From positions 1 to 29,591 of the IMG/VR virus record IMGVR_UViG_3300025098_000197: DNA of 29,591 nucleotides; one strand, written 5' to 3'. Shown here in pieces: positions 1 to 9,657 of the stretch (position 1 is the stretch's first letter; each line of letters starts with the position of its first letter). The notes under the pieces were generated by a model. It was not told where the DNA came from. It saw nothing but the letters and a program-made list of their open reading frames with translations, and made no database searches. The position numbers and the translations under genes are program-made. This DNA is from a virus. Lineage: Duplodnaviria; Caudoviricetes.

Positions 1-349
1 GGTTGGTAGCCATGTCCATGAAATTAACATGAGAGTGTGCTTCTTCGATGTCGTCGATTTTAAATGCAAAGTAGTTTGCTTTATCTACAACAAGTGAAAA
101 ATCAGCATCAGCTAAATCTTGTGCAGCTATGGTCGTGCCACGCTTGTATGCTGATACGCTTACTTCAGGCTCTTTTATAATTTTCACTGTATCGCCTTGT
201 GCAGCGATCTCACCGAAATAATCAGAGTTAGTGATGTCTCCACATACTGTGGACTTGCGGAATGCAAGTTGTACTTTTTTTGAATAAATTACGGAACTAA
301 AGTTACCATTCGGTAAGTTTGTATATCCGCTTGCGGATGCAAATGCCAT
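1..349 (-). CDS. Major capsid protein, 5' part (runs off window)
   Basis: ATG at 349 with GGAGG SD at 356-360; translates MAFASASGYTNLPNGNFSSVIYSKKVQLAFRKSTVCGDITNSDYFGEIAAQGDTVKIIKEPEV..., typical podovirus capsid N-terminus; follows the scaffold-like gene. Confidence 0.85.
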   Translation of the reverse strand, partial: MAFASASGYTNLPNGNFSSVIYSKKVQLAFRKSTVCGDITNSDYFGEIAAQGDTVKIIKEPEVSVSAYKRGTTIAAQDLADADFSLVVDKANYFAFKIDDIEEAHSHVNFMDMATN

Positions 350-389
350 TATAATCCTCCATTAGGTGTTTGGCTTAGTTTTAAGTAAG

Positions 390-516
390 CTAAACGAACC
401 GATAAGAGGCTGTACTTTCTAGGGTGCATGTATATTTAAGTTGTAAGGATCAGTCACAATATTAAACTACACGGGCCTATACTTATTCAGGTAGGTCTTA
501 TTATTGGTATGTTTAG
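390..516 (-). promoter_or_regulatory. Structured 5' leader of the capsid gene (multi-stem)
   Basis: Minus-strand pairings CUAAAC/GUUUAG and AUAAGA/UCUUAU, plus an inner long hairpin 427-473 (CGUGUA/UACAUG, UUUAA/UUAAA, UUGUGA/UUACAA) with G-U pairs that only work on the sense strand. Confidence 0.55.
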
Positions 517-588
517 ACTTATTGAGATAGTGTCTTAATAGTAAGGTGGTCACAGTGTGAGGCTTACTACAGGTTAAAGACACCTATA

Positions 589-616
589 GTTATACATTAT
601 AGTCTATAGATGTCAA
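589..616 (-). promoter_or_regulatory. Sigma70-like promoter for the capsid gene
   Basis: Minus strand TTGACA-N16-TATAAC. Confidence 0.6.
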
Positions 617-630
617 TACTTTATTTGCAA

Positions 631-1533
631 TTAACGTGCGCCACCTGTCATATCATAGGTAAACTTACCTGCACGTATTGCTTCCATGATAGCATCAGAG
701 TTTTTCTCGTACTCACTAGCTGTCATCTTGTGTACTTGAGACTCGCTGAAGTGTCCAGCCACATCGTTAGAGTCAGGCTTAGTAGAACGTTTAGTTACTA
801 CTGCAGAAGCCGCCGCTTTAGTAGCTTTCTTTTTAGACTTAGTATCTAAACCATTGTGCATCTTGTATAGATCTATTACACGAGCAACTGATGCAGGGTC
901 TTCAGAGTTGTCGTATAGAGCATCTTTGACCCACTTAGGTTCTTTCTTAGCCCAATCGTGAAAAGCATCACTATCACGTAGTTCATCAAAGTCAGGGTGT
1001 ATGGCTCTGATTTCTTGCTCTAGCTTACTACGAGTAGCTTCTTCACTAATGCGATCAATCTCTTTTAGTCTTGCCTCAGCACCAGAAAATCGTTCATCTG
1101 CTTTCTTAGATGCAATAGTTTCTACTATAGCCGCAATGTCAGGAAACTCATTAGCCCACGCCTCAATATCTTCGTCTGACTTGGGTGGCCTAAGAGTACC
1201 ACTTGTTTCAGCATTCTCTAGTTTAGACTGTAATTGTTTTATTTCTGCAGACTGTTTGTTTAAATGATCACGTAAATCACTATAACGTTTTTTGTATGTG
1301 CGTTCTTCACTACTTAACGTTTCATCTTTCTTATCAGATTCATCACTAAGTTCTTGAGTCTCATCATCAGGTTCTTGATCTTCTGAAGTATCTTCCTCAT
1401 TCTGTTCCCCTTTCATGAGCTTGTCTAGCTCTTCTTCTTCTTGTTCTATACGTCTCCTGTTAGCTTTATTGGTATAGTTAGGGTCAACGAACCCTGATAC
1501 TTTAGGAGATTCTACTGTTTCTAATTCAGGCAT
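631..1533 (-). CDS. Putative capsid scaffolding protein
   Basis: 300 aa, acidic, coiled-coil rich, directly upstream of the capsid gene; AAGGA SD. Confidence 0.7.
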   Translation of the reverse strand: MPELETVESPKVSGFVDPNYTNKANRRRIEQEEEELDKLMKGEQNEEDTSEDQEPDDETQELSDESDKKDETLSSEERTYKKRYSDLRDHLNKQSAEIKQLQSKLENAETSGTLRPPKSDEDIEAWANEFPDIAAIVETIASKKADERFSGAEARLKEIDRISEEATRSKLEQEIRAIHPDFDELRDSDAFHDWAKKEPKWVKDALYDNSEDPASVARVIDLYKMHNGLDTKSKKKATKAAASAVVTKRSTKPDSNDVAGHFSESQVHKMTASEYEKNSDAIMEAIRAGKFTYDMTGGAR

Positions 1534-1609
1534 ATTGTTTTCCTTTATGTTGGGGCCAGCTTTTTGAGCCGGGTAGCCTTATAGTTTTTATAGGATAGTC
1601 TTTTAGTTA

Positions 1610-3397
1610 TTACTTTTTCTTCTTCATCAAGCCGCCCTTATTATATCTTCCGGGCTTGCTCCAATCTGTTTTACTGTTACCTGTTCGTCCTCTACCTGCA
1701 CTATATTTACTAGAGTTATTGTTACTAGAGTTGTTGTTATTACTAGAAGTATTTCTTGAGCTTGTATTACGGGTAGGGCTAGAACTACTTTCTCTAGCTA
1801 GTCTAGCTCTTTTAGCTAAGGCACTCTCGTAACCTACATCGCCAGCCCTTTTGCCACTAGCATCTGTACGACTTCTAGATGCATCTACTGTAGCCTTACC
1901 ACTTTTATTTCTCATAGCGGCTACAGTGTCAGATATTCTGGCAGACTCTGCTTTACTGACTGTTCTGTCTCTATCAGAGCTTAAATTTCTTTCGGCTGGA
2001 GTTGAATCTATAGTATCAAAAGAAGTACCTATGCTAGTTCTTGACGATGTAGTATTAGCAAATAAGTCATCGCCTAGAGTATCTTTAATTACATCTGTCA
2101 GACCCCAACCATTAGAAACTAGACCCATAAGAGGGCCTCCTAATCCGTGTTGCTCTTTATATTGTGCGGCTAGTTCTTTAAGTTCTGCTATCTCTTCGGC
2201 AGATGTTTGTCCTTGTTTCTCTAGCATACGTATGTGTGCATTAGTTTGACCTAATATCATAAGTTGTGGTCTTTTAGCCATAATACCAGTCTTATCAAAC
2301 TTACTGATAAACTGTATTATACCATGTTGAGCTTCTAGTTCAGCTTCCATAGCTTGCTTAGTAGTTTGATAAAGACCTTCAGAACTAGTGTAATCATATC
2401 TCTTCATCCAATCTGTATCTTTCATGGATTCTTCTAGTAGCTTCTGAGAGGCACTACGAGTATCTTCATCTCTATTTTCTCTAGGTGCTACAGTTTCTAC
2501 AGGAGTAACAGGAGTACCTGTTCCTGCCGGTCTTATTATGTAACCTGCAGGTACAACTTGTGTAGGTTGATTAGTAGCTTTGTCGTGAGCTATCATCATA
2601 GTATCACCTGTAGTAGGATTGTAATACTCAACCATAATAGTTTCTATTTCTTGTACAGGAGAAGATCCTGCGCCTGACCCTCCTCCAAAGACAGAGAAAC
2701 CTAACCCATAATTACTAGGAGTGAAACCTAATGCACCACCTGTATTAAAAGCTCTTTCAGTCTGTCTATTAGCGGACTGCATCTCTTGAGGATTCATGTT
2801 AGCACCAGTAGTATTTAATGTAACACCTCTACTAGCAAGCTCTTGCATTAACGCTGGACTATTCTGTGCGGCTATCATAAACTTATCAATAAGAGCATCT
2901 ACTCTTGTAGGGTCAGTGTTAAGAGGAGCTTGAACTGCACCACCATCTGCATAACCTACAGACATACCTTTAGCGTTCATACGAGCATTGATTAACTTAT
3001 CACTCTTAGCGGCAGTAGCTAACTTATCCATCAAGCCACCATCAGCTACCCCTGTAGCCATAGCTTGTTCTAGTGCGGCTAAGTCTTCTTCCGTTATGTC
3101 CTGCATACCCTCCATACCGCCTTCTGTTGGCGTGGCTGGTACAGGCTCTCCACCTATACGACCATCTGCATCCATCTGAGATAAACCCATCTTAGCTTCA
3201 TTACGCATGTCTTCAAAGACTTTCACACCAAAGTAACGAACAACATCTGCAGGTACAACGTATTCACCTTCACTGAGTCTAGCGTCTATATCATCACGCA
3301 CCTCTTCAGGTAAAGATCCCGGAGGAACTTCGTTTCCGCTTACTGGGTCTACGTCATTAGATCCACCAGTTAATGCCATTTCCATTTGTCTGCTCAT
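1610..3397 (-). CDS. Putative internal virion/head-associated protein
   Basis: 595 aa; N-terminal DDIDARLSEGEYVVPADVVRYFG block seen in marine phage structural modules; repeated xxxGG motifs; Ser/Asn low-complexity tail. Confidence 0.55.
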   Translation of the reverse strand: MSRQMEMALTGGSNDVDPVSGNEVPPGSLPEEVRDDIDARLSEGEYVVPADVVRYFGVKVFEDMRNEAKMGLSQMDADGRIGGEPVPATPTEGGMEGMQDITEEDLAALEQAMATGVADGGLMDKLATAAKSDKLINARMNAKGMSVGYADGGAVQAPLNTDPTRVDALIDKFMIAAQNSPALMQELASRGVTLNTTGANMNPQEMQSANRQTERAFNTGGALGFTPSNYGLGFSVFGGGSGAGSSPVQEIETIMVEYYNPTTGDTMMIAHDKATNQPTQVVPAGYIIRPAGTGTPVTPVETVAPRENRDEDTRSASQKLLEESMKDTDWMKRYDYTSSEGLYQTTKQAMEAELEAQHGIIQFISKFDKTGIMAKRPQLMILGQTNAHIRMLEKQGQTSAEEIAELKELAAQYKEQHGLGGPLMGLVSNGWGLTDVIKDTLGDDLFANTTSSRTSIGTSFDTIDSTPAERNLSSDRDRTVSKAESARISDTVAAMRNKSGKATVDASRSRTDASGKRAGDVGYESALAKRARLARESSSSPTRNTSSRNTSSNNNNSSNNNSSKYSAGRGRTGNSKTDWSKPGRYNKGGLMKKKK

Positions 3398-3418
3398 TGA
3401 GTTGCTCCTTGGGTATTT

Positions 3419-3613
3419 CTATGTACTGCCATTTACTTCATCCCTTAAGTATTTAAGTTTTCGTAGTCCTGCTATCTCGCCTTGGCAACGAAACATTTCA
3501 TCTGTAGTCTTAACTTGTTCCATCTTCTTGTGTGACTGTGCTATCTTAGCATCAAGAGTTTCACAGAAAGAATCCCATAAGGGTTTGTCGTTTACTAGTT
3601 TCTTTATTTGCAT
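3419..3613 (-). CDS. Small head-module protein
   Basis: 64 aa helical protein with FRCQG motif, of the type found near portal genes; coupled to the upstream stop. Confidence 0.6.
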   Translation of the reverse strand: MQIKKLVNDKPLWDSFCETLDAKIAQSHKKMEQVKTTDEMFRCQGEIAGLRKLKYLRDEVNGST

Positions 3614-5286
3614 TATGAGGGTCTTTGCATTAAGCCGGGCTTCTTAACTAAGCCACCTTCGTTAAATCTTAGTTCTTCTTTTTGTGGGTTAAACTTAAAG
3701 TTAGATATGTCTAGTTGTGTGCCAGCCGTAGTACGTTCACCACCACCACCAGCACCTTCTCCTGTATACATCAAGTCTCTAGTGCCTACTTTAATTGTAC
3801 CCTTAGATTCTTTATTTAATTCATTTATAACTTTACGAAGTGAGTCTTCATAGGTCTTCTTAAAAACTCTCTCGTAGTAATCTATAGCAAACTTTCTTTC
3901 TTCTTCAGAACCTTTTTGTTTAGCTTTTTCGTACTTCTTAGCTATCTCTGATCCTGCTTCTGTTTCCATAGCTTCACTTATACTACTAGCTCTTATTCTA
4001 GCTATCTCTTTGTAATTAGGAATAACTATTTTGTCTATGCCTTGAGACTTAGCAAAAGATATATTAGCAAGTAGTAATCTTTTTAAGTAATCACTTCTAC
4101 TTACTACAGGCGACTTAGTTTCAAACTCTCTAAATTTATCTCTATAATAAGAAACTGTATTTTTATCAATAGCATTATGAACTCTAGCCATTTCATTTAT
4201 TATTATATTATCTGCGTCTTGCCAAGGTACTGTAGGGGCAACTTTTTTCATAGTTATTAAAGCGTCTATAACAATCTCTAACATTGTGTTAGATCTAGAT
4301 TCTGGTATAGTTAGACTATATTCTTCTTCTAACTCGTTTTTAAATTCTTTAAGAAACTTAGATTTAGATTTTAGCCTTTCTGTAGCAGAACCTACTTTAT
4401 CTCTAAATATAAAACCTGCATAATTACTAGTACCTTCTTTTACATTTAAATAATGTTTATCATCGTGATACTTACCGTAATATTTAATTACAGTTTCTAA
4501 AATATCTTTATCCAGAGTAATGTCTTCAATATTCTCTAATTGCTCTTCTAAATCTAATATACTATCTTTAATAAAAGCTTCTTTTTTCTCTTTAGCTAAC
4601 TTAGGATTTGTACGTACTCCTCGTTTAGCTACCTTACTAATAAATGTAGATAAATCTGATTGTGCTTCTTCTATAAGTAAGTACATATCTTCAGGATCAA
4701 AATAGTTTTGTCTAACAGAAGACCTACTATGTCCTAAGTTTTTAGCCCCTCCATAATGCATAAATTTCGCATCTTTAGGGGATACTAAATCTTTGTTTGC
4801 TTGTAGTTGATGTACAACATAATTTACTTCTCTATCTAAAATCTGTTGTCGTTGAATGCTTCTATATACATCAGTAGAGGGAGGATACAAAGTATCAACT
4901 GTATATCTGTCCGTACCTTTTTCTCTAGCTATATTTAATGCTTCTTCTCTAGAGTATAAACGTTTAGGATCTAAGTCAAGATCAAAAGAATCTAATTCAG
5001 CCTTTGCTACATTAGGTGCACGTTTATTTAGGAAGGCTGATATGTTTTCCCCTTTAGTACCCTTCTTACCTATAGACATCTGTTCTAAAGTGTTGACAAC
5101 GGGACTATAGAAAGTTGATTGATAAAAACCTTTTTCGTCTACACTTTCAGTTCCCGGTTCTCTTGTCTGAACTAAAGGATTCATTTTAGACTTAGGTATA
5201 GTTAAATCAGGAGTACGACCTTTAGAGGTAACACCCTCAAACGCCTCTGTCAGTTCTTTAGCTATGAGTTTACTGAGTGCACCCAT
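3613..5286 (-). CDS. Hypothetical protein, possible GNAT-like/polyvalent-protein domain
   Basis: 557 aa ORF between portal and head genes; motifs GHSR...LLIEEAQSD and LLLANISFAKSQGIDKIVIP; C-terminal FNEGGLV. Confidence 0.5.
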   Translation of the reverse strand: MGALSKLIAKELTEAFEGVTSKGRTPDLTIPKSKMNPLVQTREPGTESVDEKGFYQSTFYSPVVNTLEQMSIGKKGTKGENISAFLNKRAPNVAKAELDSFDLDLDPKRLYSREEALNIAREKGTDRYTVDTLYPPSTDVYRSIQRQQILDREVNYVVHQLQANKDLVSPKDAKFMHYGGAKNLGHSRSSVRQNYFDPEDMYLLIEEAQSDLSTFISKVAKRGVRTNPKLAKEKKEAFIKDSILDLEEQLENIEDITLDKDILETVIKYYGKYHDDKHYLNVKEGTSNYAGFIFRDKVGSATERLKSKSKFLKEFKNELEEEYSLTIPESRSNTMLEIVIDALITMKKVAPTVPWQDADNIIINEMARVHNAIDKNTVSYYRDKFREFETKSPVVSRSDYLKRLLLANISFAKSQGIDKIVIPNYKEIARIRASSISEAMETEAGSEIAKKYEKAKQKGSEEERKFAIDYYERVFKKTYEDSLRKVINELNKESKGTIKVGTRDLMYTGEGAGGGGERTTAGTQLDISNFKFNPQKEELRFNEGGLVKKPGLMQRPS

Positions 5287-7406
5287 TACTGTACGTTTCC
5301 ACTAAATCCCGGCTCTCCGGGCGTAGCCGCCGCACCTACACCGATGTTACCACCTCCGCCACCAGTCATATCTTGTGGGCCTGTAGGAGCTTGTCCTTGA
5401 GGTGTTGTAGGTGGTGCATTTGGATCAGTAGGCTCAGGAGGAGCTTGGAATCCTTTTAGTATCTCTGCCTGTATTGCCGCATCGTCCATAGAGTTAGTCA
5501 CCTTGTCAGGATCTAAGTCCATGCTTATAGCAATCTCACGGATGATATAGTCCATCTTAGCAAACGGAGCTAAGGTAGGATTCTGTGCAACTTGTAAGAA
5601 TTGCATTAGTCTTTGTGATCTGACTTCGTTAGCCATGAGAGAAGCAGTACCTTGAGCCTTTACGTCTAAGTCACCCTTAATGCTAGGATCATAGTCGAAC
5701 TGCATGTTGAAGCTAAAGAAAGCTTTGCCTAAGGGATTCAATAAGTAGTCATCTACGTTCTTAATAACTGTACGAATAGAACCGTTAGCCGCAGACATAA
5801 GCATAGAGATACCTGAAGCTGTACGACCTACACCTGACACACCGGTTTGACCGTGAGCAAAGCTAGGGAAGCCAGTCGATTCGTCTGACAATACTCTTGC
5901 CTTATCGAACAACTGCATGTTCTCTCCAGCTACGTTAGGGAACTTTGTGCCGAAGATAGCCTGTCCGGGTGCACCTCCTTGTCTACGAAACACCTTGCCG
6001 GGATACACAGATAGATCTTGTCCCGGAACTAAGTTAGTCTCATCTACTTCAATCAGTAAGTTACCAGACAACACAGCATTATCAACAGCCATACGCATGA
6101 AGCCATTCATTAGCGTTTGAGTGTCATCCATGTTCTCTGCTATACCTACACCGAAGAAGCTGTAAGGGTTAATCTCATAAGGTACAGCATAGTAAGGTAT
6201 AAGAGCAGGTTTGAATGGATTCATAACCATACGAATAACTTGACCGTTACACGACCATAGGTTTACGTTTACTTGCTCTGAATCTTTTAACTCACTAGGA
6301 ATCTTAAGGTCATGGTCTTCTAGCACTTCACGATCAACAAAACCCCAGAACTCTTTTACTTCATAGCGTTCTGCTTTAGAGCCTTGCTCATCATCCTCCA
6401 TGACTTGCTCCCACCACTTCTTCTCGTAGGACTCACCCAACTTAATAGCTGTGTCTATAGAGTTGTCACGGAAGAAAGGACGACCTTTGAGTGCTCTTAA
6501 TTGTGAGCGTGACATCTTGTGTCTCTCTATGATGTACTCAGCCTCATCCATGTTAGCCGCATCAGGATCAGGATAGAAGTCCCATATAGAAACATTACTC
6601 GTAGATGGTACAGTCTTTATTACAGGGTCATAGTTACCTTCATCATCCCAACGTGGATACTCTTTGTTAGTAGCAAATGGGCCTTTCATTATACCTGTAC
6701 CGAATAGAGCACATTCAAATGCGGCTAAGCGAAGCTGTTTGTTAGCTCCGCTTTCTTCTAACTGATCATGTATCTTTTTCTGCATCTTCTTAGCGGCAAC
6801 TTGTGCAGGGCGCACTGTTACAGTAGAAGGTGTAGTTCCCGGCCCTTCAACTAGTTTATCCATTACAGGCTCTAGTTTGTTAGCCATACCACCTAGTCGT
6901 TCCGACAATTGTTGCATTGTCTCGCCCGGCTGTAATTTAGCTTCTTCTGTAGAGAAGGGAGAGAACGTTTGTTTTAGTTCATCTACAGCTTCATCAGCGG
7001 CAGGGTCTAAGTTAAAGTGTACAGAATCAGCTACACCTTCAGGTAAAGTAGTAGGATCTACATTAATAGGAAACTTATTGTTACCGAATAGTACATCTAC
7101 TATCTGCCCGTAAGCGGCTAAAGTTTTTGTCTTAGTTACTTTAACGAATACACGAGATCTCTCAGCTTCAGTAAACTGTACATCAGGACTATATAATCCT
7201 CTGTAGTTTCTGTAAGACTTCATCCATCTGTCTTCGTCTACACGTCTTGCATCTTCAGCTTTGGAGAAGCGTTCATTAATAAAGCCTATAATATTACCTA
7301 CAGAAGGATCAGATTCTAAGTCCTTCTCTTTTACATCTTCAATGTATGAAGAATCCGCAGATTCAATATTCTCTTCATAGTCGTCTTCAAAATCATTAGG
7401 GTTCAT
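5286..7406 (-). CDS. Portal (head-tail connector) protein
   Basis: 706 aa following TerL; podovirus portal-like blocks (FGTGIMKGP, DFYPDP, PYSFFGVGIAENM, RTASGISMLM). Confidence 0.88.
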   Translation of the reverse strand: MNPNDFEDDYEENIESADSSYIEDVKEKDLESDPSVGNIIGFINERFSKAEDARRVDEDRWMKSYRNYRGLYSPDVQFTEAERSRVFVKVTKTKTLAAYGQIVDVLFGNNKFPINVDPTTLPEGVADSVHFNLDPAADEAVDELKQTFSPFSTEEAKLQPGETMQQLSERLGGMANKLEPVMDKLVEGPGTTPSTVTVRPAQVAAKKMQKKIHDQLEESGANKQLRLAAFECALFGTGIMKGPFATNKEYPRWDDEGNYDPVIKTVPSTSNVSIWDFYPDPDAANMDEAEYIIERHKMSRSQLRALKGRPFFRDNSIDTAIKLGESYEKKWWEQVMEDDEQGSKAERYEVKEFWGFVDREVLEDHDLKIPSELKDSEQVNVNLWSCNGQVIRMVMNPFKPALIPYYAVPYEINPYSFFGVGIAENMDDTQTLMNGFMRMAVDNAVLSGNLLIEVDETNLVPGQDLSVYPGKVFRRQGGAPGQAIFGTKFPNVAGENMQLFDKARVLSDESTGFPSFAHGQTGVSGVGRTASGISMLMSAANGSIRTVIKNVDDYLLNPLGKAFFSFNMQFDYDPSIKGDLDVKAQGTASLMANEVRSQRLMQFLQVAQNPTLAPFAKMDYIIREIAISMDLDPDKVTNSMDDAAIQAEILKGFQAPPEPTDPNAPPTTPQGQAPTGPQDMTGGGGGNIGVGAAATPGEPGFSGNVQ

Positions 7407-7408
7407 AC

Positions 7409-8998
7409 TTAATATCCAAATGTAGGATCAGACGATTGAAAGCCTGATCTTGATGTTGCAGGGTCATAGTCAAATAAAGAACTACGAGGTCTGGTCATTA
7501 TACCATATCTTAGAGCGTCATACAGGTGATCTTCAGCGTGTGTATCAACGTCTTCTGGGTTGCGTTTATCTAGTGGTATGCTAGGTAGCTGAGCTACAAG
7601 GTTAGTACAATTATTAAAGATAACTAGTCTAGGTTGTTCAGTAAACTCGTCTATCTGTAAACGTCTGTGTATTTCGTTCTTACCTGCTATACGTGAACCT
7701 TTAGATCTATCTGAAGGCCTCCATCTACAGCCTTTCATTATCATTTGTTCTGCAAGGCTAGGCCCTGTATCACCTCGTTTGTGCCACAAGGATGAGTCTA
7801 ATACTCCATACCTTATAGTACCATCATCTGACTCAGCATTCAATATCATATCAGCTAAATCAGTAGCTGTAACTTTAGAGCAATACATCTCTCTATAAAC
7901 AACCAACTGTTCATCTGGTGCTACAGCGAACCAGACAACTCCTGTATAACTACCGTAACCATAATCACAAGCTCTGAACTTAGCCCAGCTATTAGGTATA
8001 TCATAAGGGGCTACTACATGTATCTTACGATTAAACTCAGGAAAAGCCGCACCCTCATTAATATCCCAGTCACCCTCCAGTAACTGCTTACGCTGATGTT
8101 CTGGTAGTGATAGAAGCATCGCTTCGTAGTCGCCACCATCAGCTAAGTAAGGATTGTCAAACAAACTAGCAGGTATAAACTTACGTTTGAATAACGGCTC
8201 ACCTTCTTTACTATGACCTCTAGGATAAGAAAGAGTCTCTCCTGTTTCTATATCCGTAGCCCAGAACGACTTGTTAGGTGTAGAAGGATCAATAAACATC
8301 TTCTTGACCCAAGCATGTCCCGGCCCTCCGGGGTTTGTTGTAGCTCTCATGTACAAACCTAATTCAGGTGATGCACTACGCAAACGTGAACGCATATAAT
8401 TCCACGCATAGGGACTGTTCCATTGAGTCAACTCATCGAAAGCTACATAGTTAAACGCCTGTCCTTGGTAACGCATAACGTCTGTGTCTTTATCCAAGTA
8501 AGACATCCATAGTCTACCACCTTGAGGTGTAGTCCATTGAGACTTTCTTTCTGACCATTTGATACCCGGAATAGCTTTAGGGTATAACTCTTGGCTCTTC
8601 TGTATAAGTTCACGTAACTCTTCTGTTGTGTGACGTACAAGTAGACCGCTAAAGTCTTTATGGTTTAGGTTACGAAGAGGGTCTGCGAGTGTGGCATAGC
8701 TCTTCCCACCTCCGGCTGCCCCTCCATATAGTACCTCTCTCTCACTAGCCGCTAGATATTGTGTCTGTGGGCCGGGATTGGGTTGAAATACTACGTCTTG
8801 AGCATACTCTACATCGAATGGGGCTGGTGCTACTTGCGCTGGTACAGTTTGTACAGGCTCTTGCTCAACTATCTTCGTCGTAGGTGTAGTAACCGAGTCT
8901 TTCTTTTTCGAGGGCTTCGTACTGCGCTTTCGTTTCTTCGAGCCAGAGGGCAAGCTTGCGTTTAATTTTAGCAAGTGACTTACGTTTTCTTTCGACAT
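7409..8998 (-). CDS. terL: Terminase large subunit (start uncertain)
   Basis: Walker A YGGAAGGGKS, Walker B VAFDELTQ, ATTNPGG coupling motif, nuclease ACDYGY and EDHLYDALRY. Confidence 0.95.
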   Translation of the reverse strand: MSKENVSHLLKLNASLPSGSKKRKRSTKPSKKKDSVTTPTTKIVEQEPVQTVPAQVAPAPFDVEYAQDVVFQPNPGPQTQYLAASEREVLYGGAAGGGKSYATLADPLRNLNHKDFSGLLVRHTTEELRELIQKSQELYPKAIPGIKWSERKSQWTTPQGGRLWMSYLDKDTDVMRYQGQAFNYVAFDELTQWNSPYAWNYMRSRLRSASPELGLYMRATTNPGGPGHAWVKKMFIDPSTPNKSFWATDIETGETLSYPRGHSKEGEPLFKRKFIPASLFDNPYLADGGDYEAMLLSLPEHQRKQLLEGDWDINEGAAFPEFNRKIHVVAPYDIPNSWAKFRACDYGYGSYTGVVWFAVAPDEQLVVYREMYCSKVTATDLADMILNAESDDGTIRYGVLDSSLWHKRGDTGPSLAEQMIMKGCRWRPSDRSKGSRIAGKNEIHRRLQIDEFTEQPRLVIFNNCTNLVAQLPSIPLDKRNPEDVDTHAEDHLYDALRYGIMTRPRSSLFDYDPATSRSGFQSSDPTFGY

Positions 8999-9290
8999 CT
9001 ATACGCTTCTTAAGTCCATCATGAGTTATTTTTCTACCCGACTGTGTGGTTAACCAAGCAGATACTTCTCGGTAACTATATTGCTTCAAGTGTTTCTTTG
9101 CAAGTTCTAATAACTCTAACTCTGTAGCAATAGGTTCTAACCACCTGTCATCCTCTGGATCTATACGATATCCGAAGGGTACAGTTCGTTTAGATAGTCG
9201 TGGGATTCGCTCCCATCTTTTAATGTGAGAGGGCTTTGGTAGCATCCAATAGCCCAATTCAGTTTTCTGAAAGTCAGTCTTATGTTTCAT
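8865..9290 (-). CDS. DNA-binding protein resembling the Recombinase (winged-helix) domain of large serine recombinases
   Basis: VPFGYRID...ELELLELAKKHL..YSYREVSAWL pattern; no catalytic Ser domain. Confidence 0.5.
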   Translation of the reverse strand: MKHKTDFQKTELGYWMLPKPSHIKRWERIPRLSKRTVPFGYRIDPEDDRWLEPIATELELLELAKKHLKQYSYREVSAWLTTQSGRKITHDGLKKRIDVERKRKSLAKIKRKLALWLEETKAQYEALEKERLGYYTYDEDS

Positions 9291-9657
9291 CGCCTTGTGA
9301 GGAATCCTTTGGTGGTAATATAAATAAACCTCCGCTAGACTCTACTGCAACTTTCTCAGTCTTCACTAAGCCAGAACGGTCAAGAACCTGACCTGCAGCT
9401 ATCATCCTTTCCTTAACACCTAACTGTGTAGGGTCATCTAAAGCTGAGCCATAAGCTATAGCCGCTTTCGGGCCTAGCCTAGACATATATTCTTTAGTAG
9501 CATCAAAGATTTCATCCTTTAGTGCTGACGTAATAGATCTAGTAGGCGTTGTATCACTATAACCTGCTAATCGCTTAGCCATAGCCGCATCTCCGGAAGC
9601 CTCTTCAAACAAGACTTCCAGAAACTTTTTTTGGTTCTCTGTAAGATTACGAGCCAT
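9280..9657 (-). CDS. Putative terminase small subunit
   Basis: LTENQKKFL...AKRLAGYS HTH pattern typical of TerS; upstream of TerL. Confidence 0.6.
   Translation of the reverse strand: MARNLTENQKKFLEVLFEEASGDAAMAKRLAGYSDTTPTRSITSALKDEIFDATKEYMSRLGPKAAIAYGSALDDPTQLGVKERMIAAGQVLDRSGLVKTEKVAVESSGGLFILPPKDSSQGDET

Noticed and set aside
1700-1790. TTACTAGA/GTT short repeats as a regulatory array
   Set aside because: Explained by the Ser/Asn low-complexity tail of the 595-aa protein
8900-8915. Canonical -1 frameshift heptamer into terL
   Set aside because: The tract is GAAAAAG rather than AAAAAAG and terL is in the +1 frame, so a standard -1 slip does not fit
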